64,000 nt of DNA. Source: Mobula hypostoma. Taxonomy: Eukaryota. Below the pieces are notes generated by a model, which worked only from the letters and a program-made list of their open reading frames with translations, was not told where the DNA came from and did not search any database. Of the stretch, positions 1-11,689 are shown piece by piece (the stretch's first letter is position 1; each line of letters opens with the position of its first letter). Made by a program: the position numbers and the translations under genes. The stretch is taken from positions 3,226,001-3,290,000 of the forward strand of contig NC_086101.1 of the NCBI RefSeq assembly GCF_963921235.1, in the 5' to 3' direction.

Positions 1-913
1 GGGACAGGTAGTGTTGAGGAAACAGGTAGGATGCAGGAAGACTTAGAAAGATTAGGAGAATGGGCAAGAAGTGCAAATGAAATACGATGTTGGAAAATCC
101 ATGGTCATGCACTTTGGTAGTAGAAATAAATGTGTGGACTATTTTTTAAACAGGGAGAAAATCCAGGAATCTGCGATGCAGAGGGACTTGGCCTCCCGTT
201 TTCTGCAGAACACCCTGAAGGTTAACTTGCAGGTTGACTCGGTGGTGAGGAAGGAAAATACAATGTCAGCATTCATTTCAAGATGTCTAGAATACAAGGG
301 CAGGGATGTGATGCTGAGGCTTTATAAGGCACTGGTGAGGCCTCACCTTGAGTGTTGTGAACAGTTATGGGCCTCTCATCTTAGAAAAGATGTGCTGACA
401 TTGGAGAGGGTTTCGAGGAGGTTCACAAGGATGATTCCAGGAATGAAAGGATTATCATACGAGGAACATTTGATGGTTCTGGGTCTGTAGTTGCTGGAAT
501 TCAGAAGGATGAGGGGGATCTCATTGAAACCTTTTGAATGTTGAAAGGTCCAGACAGAACAGATGTGAATAGGATGTTTCCCATGGTGGGAGAGTCTAGG
601 ACAAGAGGGCACAACCTCAGGGTAGAGGGGTGCTCTTTCAAAACAGAGATGCGGAGAAATTTCTTTAGCCAAAGGGTGGTGAATTTGTGGAATTTCTTGC
701 CACAGGCAGCTGTGGAGGCCAGGTTGTTAGACGTATTTAAGGCAGAGATTGATAGGTTCTTGATTGAACATGGCATCAAAGGTTACGGGGAGAAGGCTGG
801 GAACTGGGATTGAGGAGGGGATAGGAAAAAAGGATCAGCCATGATTGAATGGTGGAGCAGACTCGATGAGCCAGATGGCCTAATTATGCTCCTGTGTCTT
901 ATGGTCTTATGGA
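1..913 (+). mobile_element. CR1 LINE 3' fragment (ORF2 RT C-terminus and 3' UTR), degraded
   Basis: ORFs 71..490 and 538..813 carry CR1 motifs (LYKALVRPHLE, SRTRGHNL, RNFFSQRVVNLWNFLP); ends in a tandem (tcttatgg) tail. Confidence 0.9.
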
Positions 914-1845
914 AATGCACTGTTGGCATTAATAATCAACACAATCCAAGGGTGTGCTGGGGGCAGCCTGCAAGTGTTGTAACGCTTCCAGTGCCAATGT
1001 AACGTGCCCACAGCTCACTACCCCTAATCTCCAGCTCTATTTTCCATCACAATCCCATTCTCCTGTTTCCTCACTGTAACCTTTGAGTCCCTTACTGATC
1101 GAGAAATTGTCTACCTTTGCCTACTGTTGTTGCCAGGATGATCTGTTATTTGGAATTTTATCACAGTGTGGAATCTCCTCTGTAGCTCCTGGCTGATGTA
1201 CTCCTGCGACTGGACCCTTTGACGGGAGTCCAACCCTGGGAGTTACAACATTGAATGTGAGCTTTGTTTAAGGGGGAGGTTTGAAGTAATCAGGCCTGAG
1301 TTCCTCTGGTTTAATCTGAAAGAGGAGCTGGGCTCAGTTTTGCCTCTCTCCCACCCGATCCTCTCCTCTCTCCATGCCCCAAGTCACTAGACCGGGTTCA
1401 TGGAACCATGTCAGCACAGGATGAGGCTGTTCGGCCCATCATGTCTGTGCTAGTCTGAGTGGAGAAACCTCAGTGCCAGGCTGGCCTCCCTCAGCTCTGA
1501 GCATTATTCCCTCACCCTGCGGCGATCCAAATTCCCACCAGAAGGTCCTGATTTGGTTCAGTCCCGACTCCACATCTCCGGTGGCCTTAGGCTTGGTTAT
1601 TTATCACTGATGCAGTCATCAGGTTCAGGTTGAGAAAACCTGTAGAAAAATACAGCATTAGCGATACGACAAAAACTCATCGGGCAATTGCATGTGTATT
1701 TACTTATAAAGTATTACGTTTCTAAGTGATTTAAAATGCTAAAAGTTATATTATTATTAAGGTTTAAAATATGTACAAATTTTAATGTGTAAGTTTATAT
1801 AATATATAATGCATAAGTTATTAAAATATAAAATGTATACATATA

Positions 1846-3288
1846 CAGTGGTATGCAAAAGTTTGGGCACCCCCGGTCAGAATTTTTGTTACTGTGAATA
1901 GCTAAGCGAGTAAAAGATGAACTGATTTCCAAAAGGCATAAAGTTAAAGATGACACATTTCTTTAGGCAAGAAAACTTCTTTATTTCTGTTTTTCACAGT
2001 TTCAAAATAACAAAAAAGGAAAAGGGCCAGAAGCAGAAGTTTGGGCACCCTGCATGGCAGTACTTAGTAACACCCCCTTTGATAAGTATCACAGCTTGTA
2101 AGCGCTTTTTGTAGCCAGCTAAGAGTCTTTCTTTTCTTGTTTGGGGGATTTTCGCCCATTCTTCCGTGCAAAAGGCTTCTAGTTCTGTGAGGTTCTTGGG
2201 CTGTCATGCACGCACTGCTCTTTTGAGGTCTATCCACAGATTCTCCATGATGTTTAGATCGGGGGACTGTGAGGGCCATGGCCTGTGCCTTTTGAGGTAG
2301 TCCATTGTGGATTTTGAGGTGTGTTTAGGTTCATTATCCTGTTGTAGAAGCCATCCTCTTTTCATCTTCGGCTTTTTTACAGATGGTGTGATGTTTGCTT
2401 CCAGAATTTTCCGGTATTTAATAGAATTCATTCTTCCCTCGGCCAGTAAATGTTCCCCATGCCACTGGCTACAACACAAGCCCAAAGCACGATCGATCCA
2501 CCCCCTTGCTTAACAGTTGGAGAGGTGTTCTTTTCATGAAGTTCTGCACCCTTTTTTCTCCAAACATACCTTTGCTCATTGTGGCCAAAAAGTTCTATTC
2601 AAAAGGTTCAAAGGAACATCTAAATAAGCCTGATGCATTTTGGAAACAAGTCCTGTGGACTGATGAAGTTAAAATAGAACTTTTTGGAGAATGAATTCAA
2701 TTAAATACCAGCAAGTTCTGGAAGCAAACATCACACCGTCTGTAAAAATACCGAAGATGAAAAGAGGATGGCTTCTACAACAGGATAATAAGCCTAAGCA
2801 CAACTCAAAATCCACAATGGACTACCTCAAGAGGTGCAAGCTGAAGGTTTTGCCATGGTCCTCACAGTCCCCCGACCTAAACATCATCGAGAATCTGTGG
2901 ATGGACCTCAAAAGAGCAGTGCATGCAAGACGGCCCAAGAATCTCACAGAACTAGAAGCCTTTTGCAAGGAAGAATGGGCGAAAATCCCCCAAACAAGAA
3001 TTGAAAGACTCTTAGCTGGCTACTAAAAGCTGTGATACTTGCCAAAGTGGGTGTTACTAAATACTGACCATGCAGGGTGCCCAAATGTTTGCTTCGGGCC
3101 GTTTTTCCTTTTTCGTTATTTTGAAACTGTTAAAGATGGAAATAAAGAAGTTTTCTTGCTTAAAATATGAAAGAAATGTGTCATCTTTAACTTTATGCCT
3201 TTTGGAAATCAGTTCATCTTTTACTCGCTTAGCTATTCACAGTAACAGAAATCCTGACCGGGGGTGCCCAAACTTTTGCATGCCACTG
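1846..3288. mobile_element. Tc1/mariner (IR/DR type) non-autonomous fold-back element
   Basis: TA at 1844-45 and 3289-90; ends CAGTGGTATGCAAAAGTTTGGGCACCCC / GGGGTGCCCAAACTTTTGCATGCCACTG; inner direct repeat near 2033; transposase motifs WTDE, QQDNxPKH and SPDLNIIENLW, the latter two present on both strands. Confidence 0.93.
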
Positions 3289-3574
3289 TATATGATAGGC
3301 ATAAAACACAGGATTGTTCAACTATATATTAAAAAAAAACGTATCTACATCCTGATGTCACAGCCCCATCTGATGTTCTCCTGACATTCCCCAATCCCCA
3401 CCCCCATCCCCTGGAACTGTTCCAGTAACTCTACCCCCACCTCCTCTCTCAGACGTTCTCCCACCTTTCCTTTCTCTGTGGTAACCAGTGAGGCAGGAGG
3501 GTTCAGTGGGTCGTGGTGGGACAGGGTTGTCGGTGCATCACTAACTGCCCTCTCCTCTGCTCTCTTCCCTGCAG

Positions 3575-3703
3575 ATGCCTTCTTCCCCAGGACCTCGGGC
3601 TGGCTGGGGGGTTTCCTGTTCACCCTCTTCCTCCTCTTGGCTGTTGTTGGTGTATTTTTCGTCTTCTGGAGGAGAAAACGTCAGCGAGACCAGAAGATGA
3701 AAG
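3575..3703 (+). CDS. BTN-like transmembrane exon: (D)AFFPRTSGWLGGFLFTLFLLLAVVGVFFVFWRRKRQRDQKMK
   Basis: Acceptor tctcttccctgcag at 3574, donor G|gtgtgt at 3704; hydrophobic stretch followed by basic stop-transfer RRKR; DxFFP start typical of BTN TM exons. Confidence 0.9.
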
Positions 3704-3957
3704 GTGTGTGTCTGTAGGGAAGCTCACCACATACCACAGGCCTTTCGGCCCGACTCATCCGTGCTGACCAAGCTCATCTAGGCAAGATGTCTTTGGCTCC
3801 CGTCCCTCTAAAATTTCAGAGTTAGTTTTCCAGTTCTCTCTCTCTGGCCGGGGTGGGCCACATTTCCTTCTGGACCTTCAGAGTCATGGTGAAAAATGCC
3901 ACGGTCGCAGGCTGACTGAAGTCCCTCGGGCTTCCAGTCAGGTACAAGTATGGATCA

Positions 3958-4415
3958 TTTCAATGGCCTCCTTCACCAGGCCGTCCCAAAAGCCACTGGC
4001 ATGGCACAGTAGCTTTGTGTCACTGTAGTCAATCCTGTGGCCATTGCGAATGCAATGTTCTGCTCCCACCAATTTCTCTGGTTCATGTGCTCCTTGACGC
4101 AGGCATCCTGCCTGGCCGGAGCACTGCTCTGCATCCACGGGAAATCCTGTAGACGGCAGGCGATCGGAGTCTCGCTGTAAGAAAGAACTGGAATTTGATT
4201 GAAACAAGTTGGGAGAGCCGAATCCTGATTGGATGAGGATGAACCAATCAGGAGGGACAGAATACAGGGGTATAAACGCCAGCAGACGGGACTTGCCCAG
4301 GCATCATCCCTGATGAAGATGGCAGAGTTTGTTGTCGAAACATTGTTCATAATCCATTCCTTTACCTGGCTGGAAGCCCGAGATGAGTTTATTCGTTATA
4401 TGTGCGGGGAAAGCA
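3958..4415. mobile_element. Penelope-like element remnant (GIY-YIG C-terminal piece on -, downstream tail on +)
   Basis: Minus-strand AEHCIRNGHRID...GFWDGLVKEAIE; plus-strand tail has CTGATGA..GAAAC at 4310-4341. Confidence 0.6.
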
Positions 4416-4584
4416 CTCGGTCCTGATTACAGGACATTCGGCCTCTCTCCGGTCCATGCAAACTATGGCGCCCACCCAGCTGCCCCAGTTTCCTGCGTTG
4501 GGCTCGTATCCCTCCGTGTACCTACCTCAGCCACTTCCTCTGGCAGCTCGTTCCACAGCCCTGACCATCTCAGCATCTTCCGGT

Positions 4585-5403
4585 CATAGTCATACTTTAC
4601 TGATCCCGGGGGATATTGGTTTTCGGTACAGTTGCACCATAAATAATAAATATTAATAGAACCATAAATAGTTAAATAGTAATATGTAAATTATGAAATA
4701 AGTCCAGGACCAGCCTATTGGCTCAGGGTGTCTGACCCTCCAAGGGAGGAGTTGTAAAGTTTGATGGCCACAGGCAGGAATGACTTCCGATGACACTCTG
4801 TGCTGCATCTCGGTGGAATGAGTCTCTGGCTGAATGTACTCCTGTGCCCACCCAGTACATTATGTAGTGGATGGGAGACATTGTCCAAGATGGCATGCAA
4901 CTTGGACAGCATCCTCTTTTCAGACACCACCGTCAGAGAGTCCAGTTCCATCCCCACAACATCACTGACCTTACGAATGAGTTTGTTGATTCTGTTGGTG
5001 TCTGCTACCCTCAGCCTGCTGCCCCAGCACACAACAGCAAACATGATAGCACTGGCCACCACAGACTCGTAGAACATCCTCAGCATCGTCCAGCAGATGT
5101 TAAAGGACCTCAGTCTCCTCAGGAAATAGAGACGGCTCTGACCCTTCTTGTAGACAGCCTCAGTGTTCTTAGACCAGTCCAGTTTATTGTCAATTCATAT
5201 CCCTAGGTATTTGTAATCCTCCACCATGTCCACACTGACCCCCTGAATGGAAACAGGGGTCACCGGTACCTTAGCTCTCCTCAGGTCTACCACCAGCTCC
5301 TTAGTCTTTTTCACATTAAGCGGCAGATAATTCTGCTCACACCATGTGACTAAGTTTCCTACCGTAGCCCTGTACTCAGCCTCATCTCCCTTGCTGATGC
5401 ATC
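4585..5403 (-). mobile_element. Rex1/Babar-like non-LTR retrotransposon 3' fragment
   Basis: ORF 4715..5086 (FYESVVASAIMFAVVCWG...SHPLH...RKSFLPVAIKLYN); upstream YKYLG and RLYFLRRL-like motifs on the - strand. Confidence 0.8.
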
Positions 5404-6779
5404 TGAAGAAAATGTTACTCCTCTAGTCCCTTCTGAATCTTGCCCTTCTCACCCTAAGCCTATGAAACCTGCTTTGAACTCCCCTACCCTGGGGAGCCTG
5501 TCACTTTTCTGCATTGCAAGGAATAAAGAGCTGTTCTATACAGTGTGAAGAACATAGGGAGATGATCTCCCACTGTATTTCAGACCCCCGACTCCTGGCA
5601 ACATCCACGTAAATCTTTCCTGCGCTCTTCGCAGTTTTTCCACATCATTCACGTAACCAAACTCAGCGTAGTGCTTGGAGTGTGGTCTTGCCAAGGTCCG
5701 AAACACAATATCACAACTCCTGCACGCAAAGTAACACACGGGCCAGGCAACATCTATAGAAAAAAGTAAACAGTCCATGTTTCGGGCCGAGATCCTTCAC
5801 TGGGGCTTTGGATTTCCAGCACCAGTTGGTGGGTCCTGTACTCAAAGTCCTGAATAACGAGGATCAGTGTACCATAGTGTGTACTGCACTGGTATTCCGA
5901 GTTCCCTCTGTTCCCGTGTATCCGATCATCCATAGTCTGTCCGTGTACTGTTGCACTTTTCAAAATGCACCACCTCTAATGAAACGTTTGAAACTTCCCG
6001 GCCCACTTCCCTAACTGATCACGATCTGCCCTCTGACCTACGATGACCTTTTCCACCATGGACGACACTTCCGTATTCTGCGTCATCCCAAAGCTTGGCA
6101 GAGTCATAGAACACGACGGCACGAGGGCCTTTCGCCCATCTCGTCCTTGCCAACCTGGACCACAGCCCTCCTGTCCGTCTGCCCATCCAAACTTCTCTTA
6201 AGTGTTGTAATCGACCCACCCTCTCAGTGAAGAAGATCCCCCTCAGGTTCCCTTAAACATCTCACCTTTCACCCTTAACCCATGACTTTCTGGTTCTCGT
6301 CTCACCCAACCTCAGTGGAAAAAGCCTGCTTGCATTTACTAACTATACCGCTCAGAATTTTGTATACCTCTGTCGAATCTCCCCCGATTCTCCTCTGCTC
6401 CAAGCGATAAACTCCTAACCTATTCAACCCTTCCCTATAACTCCGGTCCTCAAATCCCAGTGACATGTATATACATTTTTCCTGAGCACCTGGCAGTAGG
6501 TGAGCAGAGCTGTGCTCAAAGTGGGAGTCTGTCTTATTGTAAGTAGGGGAGAAGCAACACTCGATGATCGGAGTGTCAGTGTGATAGGAGCTTTGGTCAG
6601 CCGGTGGTTCTGCCTGGACACACTGTGGATGTTCCCGAATGGCTCATCACCTGGTGGGCAGCTTACATCCGAGCTAAATCTGCTCAGGGCTCGGGAACAG
6701 TTGTTTGCGAAGGGGCAGCAGGTGGAGTGGGATCGAAGTGAGTTATGACTAACCAGGAATGTACCTCCCTCTCTTCCAG

Positions 6780-6806
6780 AATTGTGGTTGCGGCCCACTT
6801 ACGAAG
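6780..6806 (+). CDS. BTN-like microexon 1 (27 nt): ELWLRPTYE
   Basis: ctctcttccag|AATTGTGG...TACGAAG|gtaagt; phase 1-1. Confidence 0.85.
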
Positions 6807-6975
6807 GTAAGTCACAGTAAATGTTCGTGAGTGTGATGTCAAACAGGAGTTTTTGTTAAACATTGAACAGTACAGGCCCTTCGGCCCACAATATTGTGCT
6901 GACCTTTTCAACTACTCCAAGATCAATCTAACTCTTTCCTTCCACGTAGTCCTCCGTTGTCCTTCCGTCCCTAAA

Positions 6976-9900
6976 TCTCAGTGATGTTCCTGCCTCTAGC
7001 ACCCCCTCAGTAATGTTCCTGTCTCTCCCACTCCCCCCTCAGTAATGTTCCTGTCTCCACCCCCTCAGTAATGTTCCTGTCTCCACCCCCTCAGTAATGT
7101 TCCTGTCTCCACCCCCTCAGTAATGTTTCTGTCTCTCCCAGCCCCCCTCAGTAATGTTCCTGTCTCTCCCACCCCCCCAATAATGCTCCTGTCTCTCCTA
7201 CCCCCCCAATAATGTTCCTGTCTCCACCCCCTCAGTAATGTTCCTGTCTCTCCCACTCCCCCCTCAGTAATGTTCCTGTCTCCACCCCGTCAGTAATGTT
7301 CCTGTCTCTCCCACTCCCCCCTCAGTAATGTTCCTGTCTCCACCCCCTCAGTAATGTTCCTGTCTCTCCCACCACCCCCCAGTAATGTTCCTGTCTCCAC
7401 CCCCTCAGTAATGTTCCTGTCTCTCCCACCCCCCCTCAGTAATATTCCTGTCTCCACCCCCCCAGTAATGTTCCTGTCTCTCCTACCCCCCCAGTAATGT
7501 TCCTGTCTCTCCTACCCCCCCAGTAATGTTCCTGTCTCCACGCCCCCAGTAATGTTCCTGTCTCTCCTACCCCCCCAGTAATGTTTCTGTCTCTCCCACC
7601 CCCCCAGTAATGTTCCTGTCTCCACCCCCTCAGTAATGTTCCTGTCTCTCCCACTCCCCCCTCAGTAATGTTCCTGTCTCCACCCCCTGAGTAATGTTCC
7701 TGTCTCTCCCACCACCCCCCAGTAATGTTCCTGTCTCCACCCCCTCAGTAATGTTCCTGTCTCTCCCACCCCCCCAGTAATGTTCCTGTCTCCACCCCCT
7801 CAGTAATGTTCCTGTCTCTACCACCCCCCCCTCAGTAATGTTCCTGTCTCCACCCCCTCAGTAATGTTCCTGTCTCTCCCACCCCCCCTCAGTAATGTTC
7901 CTGTCTCTACCACCCCCCCTCAGTAATGTTCCTGTCTCCACCCCCTCAGTAATGTTCCTGTCTCTCCCACCCCCCCCTCAGTAATGTTCCTGTCTCCACC
8001 CCCTCAGTAATGTTCCTCTCTCCCACCCCCCCTCAGTAATGTTCCTGTCTCTCCTACCCCCCCTCAGTAATGTTCCTGTCTCCACCCCCTCAGTAATGTT
8101 TCTGTCTCTCCCACCCCCCCTCAGTAATGTTCCTGTCTCTCCTACCCCCCCTCAGTAATGTTCCTGTCTCCACCCCCTCAGTAATGTTTCTGTCTCTCCC
8201 ACCCCCCCTCAGTAATGTTCCTGTCTCCACCCCCTCAGTAATGTTCCTCTCTCCTACCCCCCCAGTAATGTTCCTGTCTCCACCCCCTCAGTAATGTTCC
8301 TGTCTCTACCACCCCCCCTCAGTAATGTTCCTGTCTCCACCCCCTCAGTAATGTTCCTGTCTCTCCCACTCCCCCTCAGTAATGTTCCTGTCTCCACCCC
8401 CTCAGTAATGTTTCTGTCTCTCCCCCCCCTCAGTAATGTTCCTGTCTCCACCCCCTCAGTAATGTTTCTGTCTCTCCCACCCCCCCTCAGTAATGTTCCT
8501 GTCTCCACCCCCTCAGTAATGTTTCTCTCTCCCACCCCCCCTCAGTAATGTTCCTGTCTCTCCCACTCCCCCCTCAGTAATGTTCCTGTCTCCACCCCCT
8601 CAGTAATGTTCCTGTCTCTCCTTCCCCCCCTCAGTAATGTTCCTGTCTCCACCCCCTCAGTAATGTTCCCGTCTCTCCCACTCCCCCCTCAGTAATGTTC
8701 CTGTCTCCACCCCCTCAGTAATGTTCCTGTCTCTCCTACCCCCCCTCAGTAATGTTCCTGTCTCTCCCACCCCCCCTCAGTAATGTTCCTGTCTCTCCTA
8801 CCCCCCCCAGTAATGTTCCTGTCTCCACCCCCTCAGTAATGTTCCTGTCTCTCCTACCCCCCCAGTAATGTTCCTGTCTCCACCCCCTCAGTAATGTTCC
8901 TGTCTCTCCCACTCCCCCTCAGTAATGTTCCTGTCTCCACCCCCTCAGTAATGTTCCTGTCTCTCCCACCCCCCCAGTAATGTTCCTGTCTCTCCCACTC
9001 CCCCTCAGTAATGTTCCTGTCTCCACCCCCTCAGTAATGTTCCTGTCTCTCCCACCCCCCCAGTAATGTTCCTGTCTCTCCCACCCCCCCTCAGTAATGT
9101 TCCTGTCTCTCCCACCCCCCCAGTAATGTTTCTGTCTCTCCCAGCCCCCCTCAGTAATGTTCCTGTCTCTCCCACCCCCCCAATAATGCTCCTGTCTCTC
9201 CCACTCCCCCTCAGTAATGTTCCTGTCTCCACCCCCTCAGTAATGTTCCTGTCTCTCCCACCCCCCCAGTAATGTTCCTGTCTCCACCCCCTCAGTAATG
9301 TTCCTGTCTCTCCTACCCCCCCCAGTAATGTTCCTGTCTCCACCCCCTCAGTAATGTTCCTGTCTCTCCCACTCCCCCTCAGTAATGTTCCTGTCTCCAC
9401 CCCCTCAGTAATGTTCCTGTCTCTCCCACTCCCCCTCAGTAATGTTCCTGTCTCTCCTACCGCCCCCCTCAGTAATGTTCCTGTCTCCACCCCCTCAGTA
9501 ATGTTCCTGTCTCTCCTACCCCCCCTCAGTAATGTTCCTGTCTCTCCCACCCCCCCAGGAATGTTCCTGTCTCCACCCCCTCAGTAATGTTCCTGTTTCT
9601 CCTACCCCCCCAGTAATGTTCCTGTCTCCACCCCCTCAGTAATGTTCCTGTCTCTCCCACTCCCCCACAGTAATGTTCCTGTCTCCACCCCCTCAGTAAT
9701 GTTCCTGTCTCTCCCACTCCCCCTCAGTAATGTTCCTGCCTCCACCCCCTCAGTAATGTTCCTGTCTCTCCCACTCCCCCCCAGTAATGTTCCTGTCTCT
9801 CCCACTCCCCCTCAGTAATGTTCCTGTCTCTCCTACCGCCCCCCTCAGTAATGTTCCTGTCTCCACCCCCTCAGTAATGTTCCTGTCTCTCCCACTCCCC

Positions 9901-10121
9901 CTCAGTAATGTTCCTGTCTCCACCCCCTCAGTAATGTTCCTGTCTCTCCCACTCCCCCCCAGTAATGTTCCTGTCTCTCCCACTCCCCCTCAGTAATGTT
10001 CCTGTCTCTCCTACCGCCCCCCTCAGTAATGTTCCTGTCTCCACCCCCTCAGTAATGTTCCTGTCTCTCCTACCCCCCCCCTCAGTAATGTTCCTGTCTC
10101 TCCCACCCCCCCCCCCTCAGC
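6976..10121. repeat. Minisatellite, 26-33 bp unit (ctcagtaatgttcctgtctc[tc]ccacccc), about 3.1 kb
   Basis: Directly visible tandem array of short and long variants, inside a minus-strand CR1 fragment. Confidence 0.97.
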
Positions 10122-10660
10122 AGGGTGTTCCACACACTCATCACTCTCTGTGGGGGAAGGACAGAAAACCTTCTGACGTCCACCCTCTCATGTTGGCCAC
10201 TGTCACGTTGGAGAAAACATCCCTGGCTGTCCACATTACCGAGGCCTCATCATCTGGCACACCTCTTATCAAATCACCTCTCATCCTCCTTCGCTCCAGA
10301 GAGAAAAGCCCTGAGCTGACTCAGCCTACCCTCGTAAGACATGCTCTCTAATCCAGCCGGCATCCTGGGAAATCTCCTCGGCACCCTTTCCAAAGCTTCC
10401 GCTCCCTTCCCAGAATGAGGCGCCTGGCACTGAGCAGGGCACTCCGTCTGGTCTAAGCAGGGTTGCACAGAGCTGTAACTACCTCACAGCCCTCGAACTC
10501 AGTCCTCTGACCAGTGAAGGCCAGCCCACTGTACACCTTCTGTCAACTTGCACGGCAACTTTGAAGGATCTCGGGGCAATCAGTCTGTCCCCCATACTGC
10601 CAAGAACCCTGCCGTTAAATCTGTTCTTTGCCTTCAGGTTTAACTGTCCAAAGTGCTTCA
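10122..10660 (-). mobile_element. Degraded CR1 fragment (host of the 7-10 kb minisatellite)
   Basis: ORF 10274..10468 ALERVPRRFPRMPAGLESMSYEGRL. Confidence 0.75.
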
Positions 10661-11234
10661 CTTCATACTCGAGCTACACCCTTTTCTATTAAAGTTCATA
10701 GTACATTTACTGTCAAAGTATGTGTACATTACACAACTTCGTCTCCTAACAGACAGCCACGAAACATAGAAACCCAAAACAAAACATTAAAAAAAAGACT
10801 GTTGAACACCCAGTGTGCGGAGAGGATAAGAAACAATCATGTGAACAATAACCATGCAAATCGTGTTCAGAACTGAACCCCCCAAAGAGAGATCGAGACA
10901 CATAGTTGAGTGCAGAGCTGAACTGGCCTGATCCTAGCCTCGGGCCCCAACACCCTGACCGTTTCAACTTGGCCTGACGCCTAAATCGGGTTCAACCACC
11001 CTGATAGGTTCCAGGGCCCGGACCCGCTACCTCAATTCGGCCTGCTGCATGAATCATCACCCAGACGTTGGGACCTGACATTTCAACATGCTCTGACGCC
11101 ATTTCCCCTGAAACGCGGGTGTTCTGAATCTTTGGAAAACTTTGGCGGCTTTGCGCTGGCGGTTGCTGGTGGAAGATGTTAGCAGCTGGAGTGGGTGATA
11201 TAAACCTTGTATGTTTTCTGTCTCTCCCTTCCAG

Positions 11235-11261
11235 AGTACACAGATCTGCAGAATAAGCTCG
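11235..11261 (+). CDS. BTN-like microexon 2 (27 nt): EYTDLQNKL
   Basis: ctcccttccag|AGTACACA...AAGCTCG|gtaagt; phase 1-1. Confidence 0.87.
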
Positions 11262-11368
11262 GTAAGTAATGGCAAACCAGTGGGGCTTTTCTGTTCTGCA
11301 ATGTCTCGCCCACGGCCCAGAGCCCTCTGGGTCACGTGATGCACCTTCCTATCCAGAGGACCACAGAC

Positions 11369-11670
11369 CAGTGTTTCACAATCTTTTTCAGCTCTTTTAA
11401 AGCACCTTCATAATCACCAATGCTCCCCTTGGGGCACAGTATGCTTTCCGGCGCCCCCATAGTGTAAAGGCATGTCTACCATACGCCAACATGAGAAAAA
11501 TGAGTCTGCTTTAATTTTTATTTGTCTGTAAACCTAACTTACACGGTACCTGTGCTCTGTACGGCAGCTTCGATGTCAATGTGATCCTTGAGCTTGATGG
11601 TTTTTAGCAAGAGCTGAAATATCTGGTTCAAGTTGTGACAGCAAAAGCTTTAAGTCTCTGACCAGTGGCC
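11369..11670 (-). mobile_element. hAT (Charlie/Buster-type) DNA transposon 3' remnant
   Basis: Terminal-like CAGTGTTTCACAATCTTTTT at 11369; minus-strand RDLKLLLSQLEPDISALAKNHQAQGSH-stop resembles a Buster/Charlie transposase C-terminus. Confidence 0.6.
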
Positions 11671-11689
11671 AACCTGGACATTGGAAGTT

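Noticed and set aside
6976..10121. CRISPR-like appearance of the short-period arrays (also 14832, 21836, 35478)
   Set aside because: No unique spacers, no cas genes, vertebrate context; these are plain tandem repeats.
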